64,000 nucleotides of DNA. Origin: Setoptus koraiensis. Taxonomy: Eukaryota; Animalia; Arthropoda. Location of the stretch: positions 5,766,001 through 5,830,000 of the forward strand of contig CM106586.1 of assembly GCA_048013815.1 (NCBI GenBank). The letters are read 5' to 3'. The notes under the pieces are model-generated. The model was given only the letters and a program-made list of their open reading frames with translations, had not been told where the DNA came from and did no database searches. The translations under genes were made by a program, and so were the position numbers. The first letter of the stretch is position 1. Each line of letters starts with the position of its first letter. Below are positions 52,982 to 64,000 of this stretch, one piece after another.

Positions 52982-54650
52982 ATTTGATGATGCTACAAAA
53001 TAACTGTTATATAGTGATTATAATAATTATAGCAATAATAATAGTGATAGTATATCAGATGTATCATCGATCGTTAATATTTACGGCAAACAATAATGTA
53101 TTTATTCCTACTCCAATTATATATATATATATATATAATCCAATAACAATATATGACTGAACCGCTATTCTGACTCACAGTCTTTGCATCGGTCAATGAC
53201 GACGATTAATGAATTCTTCTGCACTACTAACAGCTACTACACCATAGCAGCAGTTCTGAATTGATGATGGAGGCACAGAACACCGTGGCGTGGCTCGTTG
53301 GCACAGATTGTGCGCCACTTGCGCAGGTATTGAGAGTTACGACGTCAATTCCGAAAATGTCTAACGGTACACAGAGGGGGAGCTAGAGCGGACTCCGACT
53401 ATAAATATTGCTGAGTGCCCATTCTACCGGATTATAATTACCGTTAATTAATAAATAAATTAATTAAAAACCCGAGTCATCATGCACCGGTGCCAACAAG
53501 AAGTCGGCTGACACTTCATAATTCGTTCGTTGGGCGGGACAAACAAAGATTGGAGCTTAGAGACCCTACACGCCTCTCCGCACCATTAAACCAGTGGCTG
53601 GCTGTTAGACGGCCGCACGTTGGCATAGTCAATGGCTGTGAGCAGTTGAGGCCGGGCTATAATCTACTTTGGGTGCTCTCTACCTGGCAAAAGAGGAAAC
53701 CAAGTTCAGTGATGACTTATATAGAAGCGCGCACGGATGTGTCGAGCGAGCCCGCCCGCCCCCAGCGAGCTTCCTTCTTTGGTACATTTCTTTCAAAACG
53801 GTATAATCAGTTCAAAGGTGAAACTCAGTCCGAATGTGTCGTTCAGTCATTGCTTAATCACCTCGTGCTGAAACTGCTGTGAGGAGACCACCGGTCAGCC
53901 AATTGAACCGAGTAAATCAAATACCCAGTCTGGATTTTCAATCTATCAGTTATGGGGTACTCTGGCGTACCTATACTCGGAACAGTTTGTGGCGTAACAT
54001 AAAAATGAATACTGTGCAAATGTAAAATAGTGCACCTTCGTTCTACTTTACCGACTAGCAGGAACGATGATACACGAATATGCCACGGTGATTATTCTCA
54101 ACTCATTGTTACTATTCAAGTCTATATCAATTAGGTAATCTGAGGCTCAGCTTAATCATTGATCGAACAATAAATGAATAAAAAATTTCAGATAGGCGGT
54201 ATCTACGGATCCAAATCTGTAATTATTTTTACAGATCTGGATGATTACATATGTATCATAGATAGGCATCAATCTAAGTGAGAGAAAATATAAACAAAGC
54301 GACGTAATATTGACGTCTTAAGCCTTGAGTCAAGTTTCCCCGTGTGCGTCAAGAAGCGTGCTAGAATGAAGGCTGTTGTCTTGTGGGACTTATTGACAGT
54401 AGCAACTCCAAGCCGTGTGTCACTCAAAGAGTTTTAGCTGCTCAAGTTAGACAGATTATCGCTATGATAGATGGTGTATTCACATGTATTGTAGAGACTA
54501 TGTATACGTAGGCTCTTTATGATCACAGCAAGGTTTCAACACGGATGGAACTTCGTGTAGTCTTAAAAAGAACTTTGTGAACTGTAGATTTAAACCAATC
54601 ATGCTCGATATTTTCCAGTCTGGCGGCCAGATGAGTCTTTTGTGGCTGAT

Positions 54651-56465
54651 TCAGTTCTTCCAATCTGGCTTGGCCCAGTTTGGCATATCCGATTTGAAGC
54701 TCCATCCATTGCCCTTTAGAGAAGAAAGAACAAAGTAGAGAAGAACAGATTTTAAGATGGTATTGAGAGATGCTTCTACACTGTATAGTTGAGGTTCAAG
54801 GGTGCACCTTGGCTCTATCAAGGTCATCATTACCTTGTAACTGAGTGCATGTAGATATAGGAATAGCATCGACAGAGGTGGATCGTAGAAGTTGATATCA
54901 CATTCAAAACAGTTTGGATCTTTGTGCAATTTAGTTGTGTCTAATTTCCATCTTTCTTGTAATTCGTGCCACGAAGAGTCAGTAAAATAGTGGCAGAGTG
55001 CTTTCATCGTTACTTCTCTATCCTCCTCACTTTCTACAGGTCCTCTATGTTTATGGCTTTTGGTAGTAATATCGCTTATATCGGTTTCGTTCGTATCAGA
55101 GAACTCATCTGGTATTATCCAGGCACTTTCTCTGTGTTCAGTGATGATATCCTCGAGTAGCTGTTCCAAACTTTTGTCGTACACTCCGTTCTTTCCTTTA
55201 GCCTTTCCAAAGGATAAACTATTGTAAAGTCCATCATTGACAATGGGGTGACCCAAATATTGTAGGTGCACCCTTATTTGGTGCATCCTTCCCGTAAGAG
55301 GTTTACATAAGACAGAGCTGGTGATTCCGTTATAACTTAGTCTTTTGAATATTGTCTTACTGGGCTTCCCTTTTTCATCGTCAACGATCGTAATGCCCAC
55401 TTTTCGTGATAATGTTATCAAACCTTTATCGACAATTACCTCACCTTCTGGAAATTCTCCCACAACTCTACAAACATATTCCTTTTCTACATCTCTATCG
55501 GCAATCTGCTTTTCCATAACGGATGCCTGCTGAGAATTTCTTGCCATTATTAAAACTCCAGAAACCAGCCTGTCAAGTCTGTGAACAACATAAAGATCAG
55601 TGTAGTTGTAATCCTTTTTCATTATTGTCAATATGGAATTATGTCTGTATCTTCCGCAAGGATGTATTGGCATTGATGGTGGCTTATCTATAACGATAAG
55701 GTTATTGTCCTGGTGAATGATCTTGATGGGCGTAGCTAAAACAGGCAACTCATGTCTATGGGCAATATTACAAACAAAATCATTATCGTTCAACTTGTAA
55801 TCAGGATCGGCTGGCTTACCATTGACTAGATGATACTTGAGTTCAAATCTTCTCAATATTTGCTCTGGAGTCAGTACTCTAAATTCTTGTCTTATGACAT
55901 CCGAGAGTCTTTTTCCCAACCAGCGACGTTTTGTATAACATTGGTAAATATACGTATAGGGATATACTTTTCTAAGGCCATTTTCAATATAATAGCTTGT
56001 GTCGTTGAGGTCATCTGGCATCCTCAAAGAAAGTCTGGCTTTCAGTCTGAGCGCTATGGCTTTCTCAATTTTATCCACATCAACACAACTGGTCGTGACT
56101 CTGGCTATCAATTCTTTTTCCTCGTCAGTCAATTGACCAGGCTTGACATGTCTTCTCTTTTGGTAGTCGCGTGGATTTATATCAATCGAGTCTGCCTGTT
56201 CTTTCTTTTTGGCTAAACGATTGCCATCTGTTTCTTGTTTTCTCTTGTTATTGTTGACGTTTTCGCCTATTGGACAAACATCTGACTGTTCTGTTGTAAC
56301 ACTTTTTGTCTCTTCCATTCTCTCAGACAGATTATTCCATGTAAATCTAATCCTATCAAAATGGAATGTTGATATAGTCAATAGTAATAAAGTGGAACGA
56401 TTCTTTTGAATGTGTCTATTCTTGATTGTAATTAGTGGTGTCAGAATAAATCCCCACTGAGTCAT
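54651..56465 (-). CDS. RPUSD2: RluA-family pseudouridine synthase RPUSD2; exons 56465 (or 56318)-54834 and 54713-54651
   Basis: RKVYPY, S4-like region, HRHE, VIDKPPSMPIHPCGRYRHNS, catalytic HRLDRLVSG and KPLTGRMHQIRVHLQYLGHPIVND. Removing a 120-bp phase-0 intron (54833-54714) restores LYLHALSYK|GNGWSFKSDMPNWA. Confidence 0.93.
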   Translation of the reverse strand: MTQWGFILTPLITIKNRHIQKNRSTLLLLTISTFHFDRIRFTWNNLSERMEETKSVTTEQSDVCPIGENVNNNKRKQETDGNRLAKKKEQADSIDINPRDYQKRRHVKPGQLTDEEKELIARVTTSCVDVDKIEKAIALRLKARLSLRMPDDLNDTSYYIENGLRKVYPYTYIYQCYTKRRWLGKRLSDVIRQEFRVLTPEQILRRFELKYHLVNGKPADPDYKLNDNDFVCNIAHRHELPVLATPIKIIHQDNNLIVIDKPPSMPIHPCGRYRHNSILTIMKKDYNYTDLYVVHRLDRLVSGVLIMARNSQQASVMEKQIADRDVEKEYVCRVVGEFPEGEVIVDKGLITLSRKVGITIVDDEKGKPSKTIFKRLSYNGITSSVLCKPLTGRMHQIRVHLQYLGHPIVNDGLYNSLSFGKAKGKNGVYDKSLEQLLEDIITEHRESAWIIPDEFSDTNETDISDITTKSHKHRGPVESEEDREVTMKALCHYFTDSSWHELQERWKLDTTKLHKDPNCFECDINFYDPPLSMLFLYLHALSYKVMMTLIEPRCTLEPQLYSVEASLNTILKSVLLYFVLSSLKGNGWSFKSDMPNWAKPDWKN

Positions 56466-56797
56466 GAGATATTCACTAGAGCGAATGGTCTAGAATAGAG
56501 ATTGTGAAAGTCCGACGACTATTGGTCATGCTGATACAACATTGAAGGAGCAGTTTTTATTCAATAATATTAATCAACAGTCTCTTTAGATATAATTCTA
56601 GCAACAACAAACTACAATACGAAGAAAAAACGTGCTTAATGTCCAATGAGTTTTCCATCCCCTAGCGTGAATTCAAGTTAACTAAAAAGAGGATTTTTTT
56701 GCGCTTCAATTAGATCAAACTTATCCCGACAAATAAGAACTGTGTAGAGTATATACAAGTAGTGGAAGCATTCTAGTGACACTAACTCATCTTTAAA

Positions 56798-58500
56798 TCA
56801 ACCAGCCACCATACAAGGGTTGAATCTGTAGTCCAGGAGGAATCCTCTGCCTACGCCATCCCAATTAGATACGAATCTGGCATATACCGGTCCAGTAGAA
56901 TTATCTAATGTTTATTCATATACAATAGAAATGCAATCAGTTTCTAGTTTTTAAATTGTCATTGGTACTAATAGGATTTGTTAGTTCACTTACCCACGAC
57001 ATCAGCATTAGTTGTTGGATTCGGTGATGGTGGATTCAATTGGCTGTTGAGCCGAGATCCACATAATTGTGTATTGGCCAATTGTAGATAGTCTGTGGCA
57101 CATTCATAGGGCCCTGCCCCGGCTTCTCTCTCATTGTTAACCATACCAGAGGTTGGCATTATATTGAAATATTGACCTAAACATGAGATATTGTTGCAAT
57201 TTTTGTGATAGATAACTAGCAATCCAATATGATGTGATGATGTCAAGTAATTAGCTTACCTGGATTAATTTGAAAATTGTTCTGAGATGGATTCTGCTGT
57301 TGTATTATACTCTGGCCATTATCACCCAACGATAACAGTCGAGGGACTGAATAAATCATAGAACAATATCCAGGTGGCCTCTTAAAGCATATGGTGTAGT
57401 CTAAGCCCGATAGATATCCGGTTCCAGCTCCAACTGTGAATTCTTCAAAGTTAAAGGACTTTATTTGACCAATCAGAGAGTTGTGGTACTGCAAACAATT
57501 TGCTGGCGCTGTGAGAGATTGTGTTAGTTGGAATTAATAGATTTAAAAGTTTTTCTCTCTAAGACCGTTATGATTCCTGCTACTCACCTTTATAAGGACT
57601 AATACATGGTATGTATGTGACTCGTATGTCGAAAATCCTCGGCCTATTACCAATTGTAATAACATTCAATGTCAGTGGACCATAATTTCCTTCTGACAGA
57701 TCTATATATATGTGCTGTCCAGAGTTATAACCACATAAAGGAGGTACGATTGAATTGCTCGCCTGACCACTGACCACAAATCTGTCGTTCTCGCAAACTC
57801 CCGAACGAGGTCGATCTAGATCAAACTTGAGAAAATCTAGCCTAACTTGACAAATGTTGGGTTGTCTGGCTACAGTTACACTACACGATCTGAAATCAGT
57901 ATAAGGAGCTGGAGCGTTTGGGTTCCTAAAATAAGTGCCATTGTGTTTGATTGTGCCACCACATGAGACTTGAACTACCATAGGAAACTTTTAAAATTAA
58001 TAATCAGCACTTCTTTTAGGTTTTTCAGTAGAAATTACCAGAGCGGATGTCATACTTACTTGAGCAACAAACTCCAACAGCTATACCTAGATTCGGACCA
58101 TAACCATAACCGTAGTTTGATTGGCCACCAAATTGCTGCGCTTGCCCATTTATGCCGCCCTGATTTGAGTAACAGGTGCCAAGTCGCCGACCTCCACCTT
58201 ATCGAAGAATTATTACATAATGAATAAGTATCAACAAAACTAGTGAGGACGATATAAAATATTGTTACTCAACTCATTCTCTCTAATAGTAGAACATGAG
58301 TACTTACGATTTCTACACTCAGACGCAGTTGAGACACATATACCTGTTCGGTTTCCATCGAATGTTGGACAATCGCTGATACCAAATTGACCATTCTGGT
58401 TATTCCACGAGGAATGTCCCCAACCGAAGCCAATCACATCATTAGCCAACCATAGAAGACCTAACAGATTGATCAAATATTTGTTTTGAGTTTTGTACAT
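56798..58500 (-). CDS. Secreted arthropod CUB-domain protein, 418 aa; exons 58500-58308, 58197-58060, 57974-57588, 57508-57260, 57176-56994, 56904-56798
   Basis: Signal peptide and a six-Cys N-terminal module (C..C..EC..GG..G.C..GVCC). CUB 1: SCGGTIKHNGTYFRNP, CQVRLDF, LCGYNSGQHIYID, FDIRVTYIPC. CUB 2: CLQYH, QIKSFNF, YTICF, DYLQL, LCG, RGFLLDY. Five phase-1 GT-AG introns of 79-110 bp; the 1257 nt total is a multiple of 3. Confidence 0.9.
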
Positions 58501-59174
58501 TACTTATGTTGTCTTATGTAGATCGCTTAGATGGTATTTTTTGAAGAAGGTTTATACGCTTTTGATTATTATCTTGATTAAATATAATTAATGGCATGAA
58601 TTCCTTTTAGATGCCGATTCTGATTAACATGTCATTTCGATCAAAATGTATAATAGTTTTATGTGACTTGCTAATTTTGAACAAATAATATACGATGATA
58701 CCACCCTAACATCCAATAGTAGATCGTTTAGTCTAAGTAGCAACCACTTGGCGGATCATCTAATATCTGGCTAGATGGAAAAGTTCTATTACAACATAAC
58801 ATCACAACGGGTGGCTCTGTTATGCCATCATCAACCATATATTATGATGAAACTATTTCCGGTCTTTTGTTGGTCAATCTACTAATAGTAGCCAATACTA
58901 GTTGTCAAACTAAAGAGAACTCCCGCTATTATTCGGCCTAGTCTATAACTGGATATTCTTAGTTTTCTTAATTAAAAGTGATTATCATACTTTTGCCTCA
59001 CCTCTTTTTTGTTTTTTATCTATCAATTCGGTTGCTAACGTCAGTCGAAACTTCGATAAATCTTGCTTTCTTGTTGTTTGTTTTTTTAAACTAATAACAT
59101 TGTTCATTAAAGGATTGCTAGTGCTAAAGTAAAGTAAAACGAATGCTAATGATATTGAGATTACCCGATATGTT

Positions 59175-60124
59175 GGTAATTTTTTAATGGCAAAATAGTA
59201 GTTGTTCGACATGACGGTTTCCTAGCCTGTTGTTTCTACCTCCAATGTTTCGCAAAGTTGGCAGATCTAAAATTCACTTTTCTATTTACTTTCACAAAGA
59301 GTATACTGGATCTACATGGTATCAGTGGAGCCAACTAATATGGACTGGATTTCTAGACAACCGAACGATATAATGTAGAGTAACTAACAAATTGACACAA
59401 CATCCCAAGGACAAAGAGCTAGCAACACAGCTGATGTGGAACATTGGTCAATGAATGATTAGTTAGAAATGACCAAAGTCATGATGACTCTTTATTTTAT
59501 CACTCTAACAAAGTGATGTATCAGTAAATGATTGGTGTGCGAACGGTTTTTGGCGTAAAACTATGCCAAACTAGCTGTCATTCAGGTTGAGCTGCGATAC
59601 AATAACAAATTATTACGTTCGGGATATTTAGGAGGATGATTGAGGCATGTCAAGTCTAGTCTAGTCTAATCGATGCCATTTGCAACTTGCTTACGAGAGA
59701 CGGAGACAAAAAAAAAATCTGATAGTGCTAGTGAATTCTATATAACCAAAGACAACAATCTTTTTTAAACCATATTATCAATATTCTTATGAAATTCTAT
59801 ACTATAACAAGTTTTACTGTTATTATCATGATTATTATTTTCACATTAGATTGAATTTGTATGACTATGTTAGTTAGTCATTGTTCACACAACTATTATC
59901 ATAATAATTATCTTTGTCAACATCTCACCATCAGACATCATAATGGAGAGTAGGGCCTACCATGTTATTCCCCGTCTTTCTTTTCTTGTAGCCAGAATTT
60001 TTCAGCGTCAACCAAATGAAACCAATGACCACAATTGCATTTTACAGGAGGACCTTTTTGCAAGACTAGATAGCTGACATCTTTACAAACACACATGATT
60101 GCTCTTGAGTTGCCGTAGGCGGTC
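59175..60124. repeat. Direct repeat copy A (about 950 bp: COX5B 3' half plus downstream sequence), near-identical to 62576-63520
   Basis: Base-by-base match with only a few SNPs and indels. It contains the COX5B C-terminal fragment 60124-59965 and ends at the N gap. Confidence 0.95.
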
Positions 60125-60624
60125 NNNNNNNNNNNNNNNNNNNNNNNNNNNNNNNNNNNNNNNNNNNNNNNNNNNNNNNNNNNNNNNNNNNNNNNNNNNN
60201 NNNNNNNNNNNNNNNNNNNNNNNNNNNNNNNNNNNNNNNNNNNNNNNNNNNNNNNNNNNNNNNNNNNNNNNNNNNNNNNNNNNNNNNNNNNNNNNNNNNN
60301 NNNNNNNNNNNNNNNNNNNNNNNNNNNNNNNNNNNNNNNNNNNNNNNNNNNNNNNNNNNNNNNNNNNNNNNNNNNNNNNNNNNNNNNNNNNNNNNNNNNN
60401 NNNNNNNNNNNNNNNNNNNNNNNNNNNNNNNNNNNNNNNNNNNNNNNNNNNNNNNNNNNNNNNNNNNNNNNNNNNNNNNNNNNNNNNNNNNNNNNNNNNN
60501 NNNNNNNNNNNNNNNNNNNNNNNNNNNNNNNNNNNNNNNNNNNNNNNNNNNNNNNNNNNNNNNNNNNNNNNNNNNNNNNNNNNNNNNNNNNNNNNNNNNN
60601 NNNNNNNNNNNNNNNNNNNNNNNN
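60125..60624. other. Assembly gap of exactly 500 N
   Basis: N run; the round size suggests a placeholder length. Confidence 0.99.
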
Positions 60625-60892
60625 TTGTGACTACTAGAATGTGTTACAAATGTATCTGAGACACAATGAGCGGCCTCTAATTTAGATGAGATATTGCGGC
60701 GATGACTGTCACGATGACATCTCGATTGCATGATCGACTAGCGTTATTATGTACATTATCTCTCAGCGTCTATAATTAGCTGCAATAGCTTGAATATTCT
60801 GTGTCTAGTATATGGATTATGCTTAGCTGACGATGATCATACTCATGGAATACTACTGTTGAAGTTGTTACGTCCGTGTCTGTTGTGAAGAT

Positions 60893-61125
60893 CTATATGA
60901 TGTTGATGGTGAGATGTTGACGAGATATTATTATGATAATAGTTGTGTGATCAATGATAACTAAACATAGTCTCAATTCATCTAATGTGACAATACTAAC
61001 TATGTATATAAAACGTAGACAATTGTTATAGTATAGGATTTCATACAGAATCCTGATACTATGGTTTAAAAGATTGTTGTTTTGGTTAGTAGAATTATTG
61101 CTATAGATTTTTTTGTTATGGATTA
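60893..61125 (+). repeat. Third, heavily degraded inverted copy of the COX5B 3'UTR region
   Basis: ATGATGTTGATGGTGAGATGTTGAC...TTATGATAATAGTTGTGTG...ATGGTTTAAAAGATTGTTGTTTTGG matches the reverse complement of about 63115-63340 with many errors. Confidence 0.8.
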
Positions 61126-61285
61126 AAATGTAGCGCTTGGATGAGCAAATGTTTGTTGCGCTGTGGGCAATTGCAATCACTGGTCCGAGCGGTTCGGGAT
61201 GTTGTCTTTGGAGCTTTTACGGGGGTAGTTAAAGCCCCCTTTGGGTGCAGACACGTCGTAGGAGCTAGCGTCGAAGTTGCTTGGA

Positions 61286-62568
61286 TGTTGTTGTTTTTGT
61301 TGATTGACAAAACAAAAGCGTCAATTGTGCCCGATTATGAATCTAGTTCTTTTTATAGAAATATTCGCCCTGAGCAAAACTGTATTGAATCACATGGTTT
61401 ATAGATACGATCTTACCGCATCCAGATTCGTGCGTCGATTAGATATATTACTTTTTAGCGCTGAGTTTTATAAGTTTCAATCTTCGATCTCAATAGAAAC
61501 AAAAATGCCAAGACATAATTTGCAAGCTTCTGGCTTGCAATTATTCTGGCAGAAGTGGTAAATTTCTAGTTGCTTAGCCTCACGAAAGATATGATACAGG
61601 ACAGGAGAGTTAGTCTTGATTGATCAGAAAATGGCTCCTTTTAAGAGTCGAGCGAAATAGATAGAGACTCAAATCGAATCCAATGGTAGTGACGTACGGC
61701 AATCAAGAGCAATTCTGTTGTTGTAAAGTTCAGTATTAGTTTGCAAAAGGTTCCTGTAAAATGACTTGTGGTCATTCGGGTTTCTTGGTTGACGCTGAAA
61801 ATTATGGTAAAAGACAAGAAAGACGGGGTATCATTGGTAGGCCTACTCTCATTATGACTGTTGTGGTGAGATGTGCAAAGATAATTATTATGATAATGTG
61901 TGTGAAATGACTAATAACATAGTATAAAAATTCATTAATGTGAAAATATACATACTGTTAATTACAGTAAAATTGTTATAGTATAGAATTTATAAGAATA
62001 TTGATATTATGGTTTAAAAAAGAATGTTGTTTTGGTTATATAGAATTCATGATATAGATTTTTTTTTGTTCGTTCGTTTGTAAGCAAGTTGCAAAATGGC
62101 ATCGGATTGCCTGGACTAGAGTTTGACATGATCAATCATCTTAAAATATCGAACGAACATAAATTGTTATGTTATGCAGTCAACTGAATGACAGCATAGT
62201 TTTGGATAGTTTTAGCCAAAAACCGTTCGCACACCAATCATTTACTGATAAATCACTTCTGTTAGAGTGATAAATAAAGAGTATAAGACTTTGGTCATTT
62301 CTAATAATATTCATTGACCAATGTTCAATCGCAGTGTTGTAGCTCTTTGTTTGGGTGTAGTGTCAATTTGTTAGTTTATTTAATTATATGTTGGTTGTCT
62401 AGAAATAGTATATTAGTTGGCTCATGATACATGTAGATCCAGAATACTCTTTGTGAAAGTAAATAGAAAAGAGAATTTTAGATCTGCAATTTGAGCGAAA
62501 CATTTGGAGGTAGAAACAAACAGGTAGGAAAGTCATGTCGGAACATATATTTTGCATTAAAAAATTAC
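61286..62568 (+). repeat. Left arm of a large fold-back: deletion-rich inverted copy of 62577-64000 and beyond
   Basis: Collinear with the reverse complement of the right arm. The centre is TTAAAAAATTAC-actatggg-GTAATTTTTTAA (8-nt spacer). The arm is 1283 bp against 1424 bp, about 10% net deletion. Confidence 0.92.
61524..61832 (+). pseudogene. COX5B: Apparent frameshifted COX5B copy inside the fold-back arm (probably an artefact)
   Basis: AAATCGAATCCAATGGTAGTGAC...TTGCAAAAGG..CCTGTAAAATG...TGTGGTCATT...GGTTGACGCTGAAA...AGACGGGG, with dense 1-4 nt deletions and no intact ATG. Confidence 0.4.
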
Positions 62569-62575
62569 ACTATGG

Positions 62576-63520
62576 GGTAATTTTTTAATGGCAAAATAGT
62601 AGTTGTTCGACATGACGGTTTCTGTGTTGTTTCTACTCCAATGTTTCGCAAAGTTGGCAGATCTAAAATTCACTTTTCTATTTACTTTCACAAAGAGTAT
62701 ACTGGATCTACGTGGTATCAGTGGAGACAACTAATATGGACTGTATTTCTAGACAACCGAACGATATAATGTAGAGTAACTAACAAATTGACACAACATC
62801 CCAAGGACAAAGAGCTAGCAACACAGCTGATGTGGAACATTGGTCAATGAATGATTAGTTAGAAATGACCAAAGTCATGATGACTCTTTATTTTATCACT
62901 CTAACAAAGTGATGTATCAGTAAATGATTGGTGTGCGAACGGTTTTTTGCGTAAAACTATGCCAAACTAGCTGTCATTCAGGTTGAGCTGCGATACAATA
63001 ACAAATTATTACGTTCGGGATATTTAGGAGGATGATTGAGGCATGTCAAGTCTAGTCTAGTCTAATCGATGCCATTTGCAACTTGCTTACGAGAGACGGA
63101 GACAAAAAAAAAATCTGATAGTGCTAGTGAATTCTATATAACCAAAGACAACAATCTTTTTTAAACCATATTATCAATATTCTTATGAAATTCTATACTA
63201 TAACAAGTTTTACTGTTATTATCATGATTATTATTTTCACATTAGATTGAATTTGTATGACTATGTTAGTTAGTCATTGTTCACACAACTATTATCATAA
63301 TAATTATCTTTGTCAACATCTCACCATCAGACATCATAATGGAGAGTAGGGCCTACCATGTTATTCCCCGTCTTTCTTTTCTTGTAGCCAGAATTTTTCA
63401 GCGTCAACCAAATGAAACCAATGACCACAATTGCATTTTACAGGAGGACCTTTTTGCAAGACTAGATAGCTGACATCTTTACAAACACACATGATTGCTC
63501 TTGAGTTGCCGTAGGCGGTC
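62576..63520. repeat. Direct repeat copy B (partner of 59175-60124)
   Basis: Near-identical to copy A and continuous with the intact COX5B 5' half. Confidence 0.95.
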
Positions 63521-63711
63521 ACTACCATTGGATTCGATTTGGATGAGCTCTTATCTATTTCGGTCTCCGACTCTTGAAAAGGATCCAATTTTCTGAGCTC
63601 ATCAAGACTAACTCTCCTGGTCTCTGTATCATATCTGGGTTGCGTGAGGCTGAGCGATCTAGAAAGTTTACCACATCTGGCCAGAGATCTAGTTGCAATC
63701 CGGAGAATCAT
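63361..63711 (-). CDS. COX5B: Cytochrome c oxidase subunit 5B, intronless, 116 aa
   Basis: Arg/Ser-rich mitochondrial presequence, DPF motif, and Zn-binding MCVC...KGPPVKCNCGHWFHLV (arthropod COX5B pattern RCECGHWFKL). Confidence 0.85.
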   Translation of the reverse strand: MILRIATRSLARCGKLSRSLSLTQPRYDTETRRVSLDELRKLDPFQESETEIDKSSSKSNPMVVTAYGNSRAIMCVCKDVSYLVLQKGPPVKCNCGHWFHLVDAEKFWLQEKKDGE

Positions 63712-64000
63712 GGCAAATTAGGTGGTCTTTGGCAATATTTGTTTCTGATTAAGGAACTGAATGATTGAAACTTTATAATACTGCAGCGCTAAAAAGTATT
63801 ATATCTAATACGACGTCACGGGACATCTTGAATTGCGGGTTATGATCGTATCTGATAATGCCATGTGATTGTCAATTATGCCAGTTTTGCATGCTAGGGG
63901 GCGCGAATGATTTCTATAAAAATAAGGCTAGTAGTTGCATGAATCGGGCACAATTCGGAGGCGCGTTTGTTTTTGTCGAGATGCAACAAAAACAACAACA

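Noticed and set aside
53600-53750. Short similarities to U3 (CAACTGC..CAGCCATTGA, AGAGCACC on the minus strand) and U1 (TACCTGGCA on the plus strand)
   Set aside because: Essential U3 boxes B, C, C' and D are missing, as are the U1 5' ACUUACCUG, 70K/U1A loops and Sm site; probably chance
60066-60731. ORFs spanning the N run
   Set aside because: Artefacts of translating Ns
61524-61832. A genuine COX5B pseudogene or paralogue
   Set aside because: The deletion-dominated error pattern and fold-back context point to raw-read error; kept only as a low-confidence feature

Overview
Eukaryotic, AT-rich, compact arthropod DNA. It is probably an acariform mite and plausibly an eriophyoid; this is inferred from the 79-194 bp introns, many intronless genes and Q/N/S/T-rich proteins, and is not proven. 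I reconstructed spliced models by hand from GT-AG sites and phase checks. In order the window holds: a 5'-truncated gustatory-receptor-like 7TM gene (+), an intronless secreted orphan (-), a 7-exon GMC oxidoreductase (-), a CNNM Mg2+ transporter (-), a 5-exon Fat-like cadherin (-), a 14.6 kb microsatellite-rich gene desert, a stubble-like trypsin protease (-), GALE (-), a small ATF4-like bZIP protein with a C-terminal C2H2 finger (+), an SCaMC-type ATP-Mg/Pi carrier (-), RPUSD2 (-), a 6-exon CUB protein (-) and COX5B (-). The strongest biological signal is repeated domain-level miniaturisation. The Fat-like cadherin keeps only about 8 cadherin repeats plus LamG and a TM segment, the SCaMC has no EF-hand domain, and the CNNM has no CNBH domain. 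The bZIP-C2H2 order is also unusual. The last 5 kb (500-N gap, direct repeat and deletion-riddled fold-back around COX5B) is most likely a long-read or amplification assembly artefact. I found no rRNA, tRNA, CRISPR array or intact mobile element.
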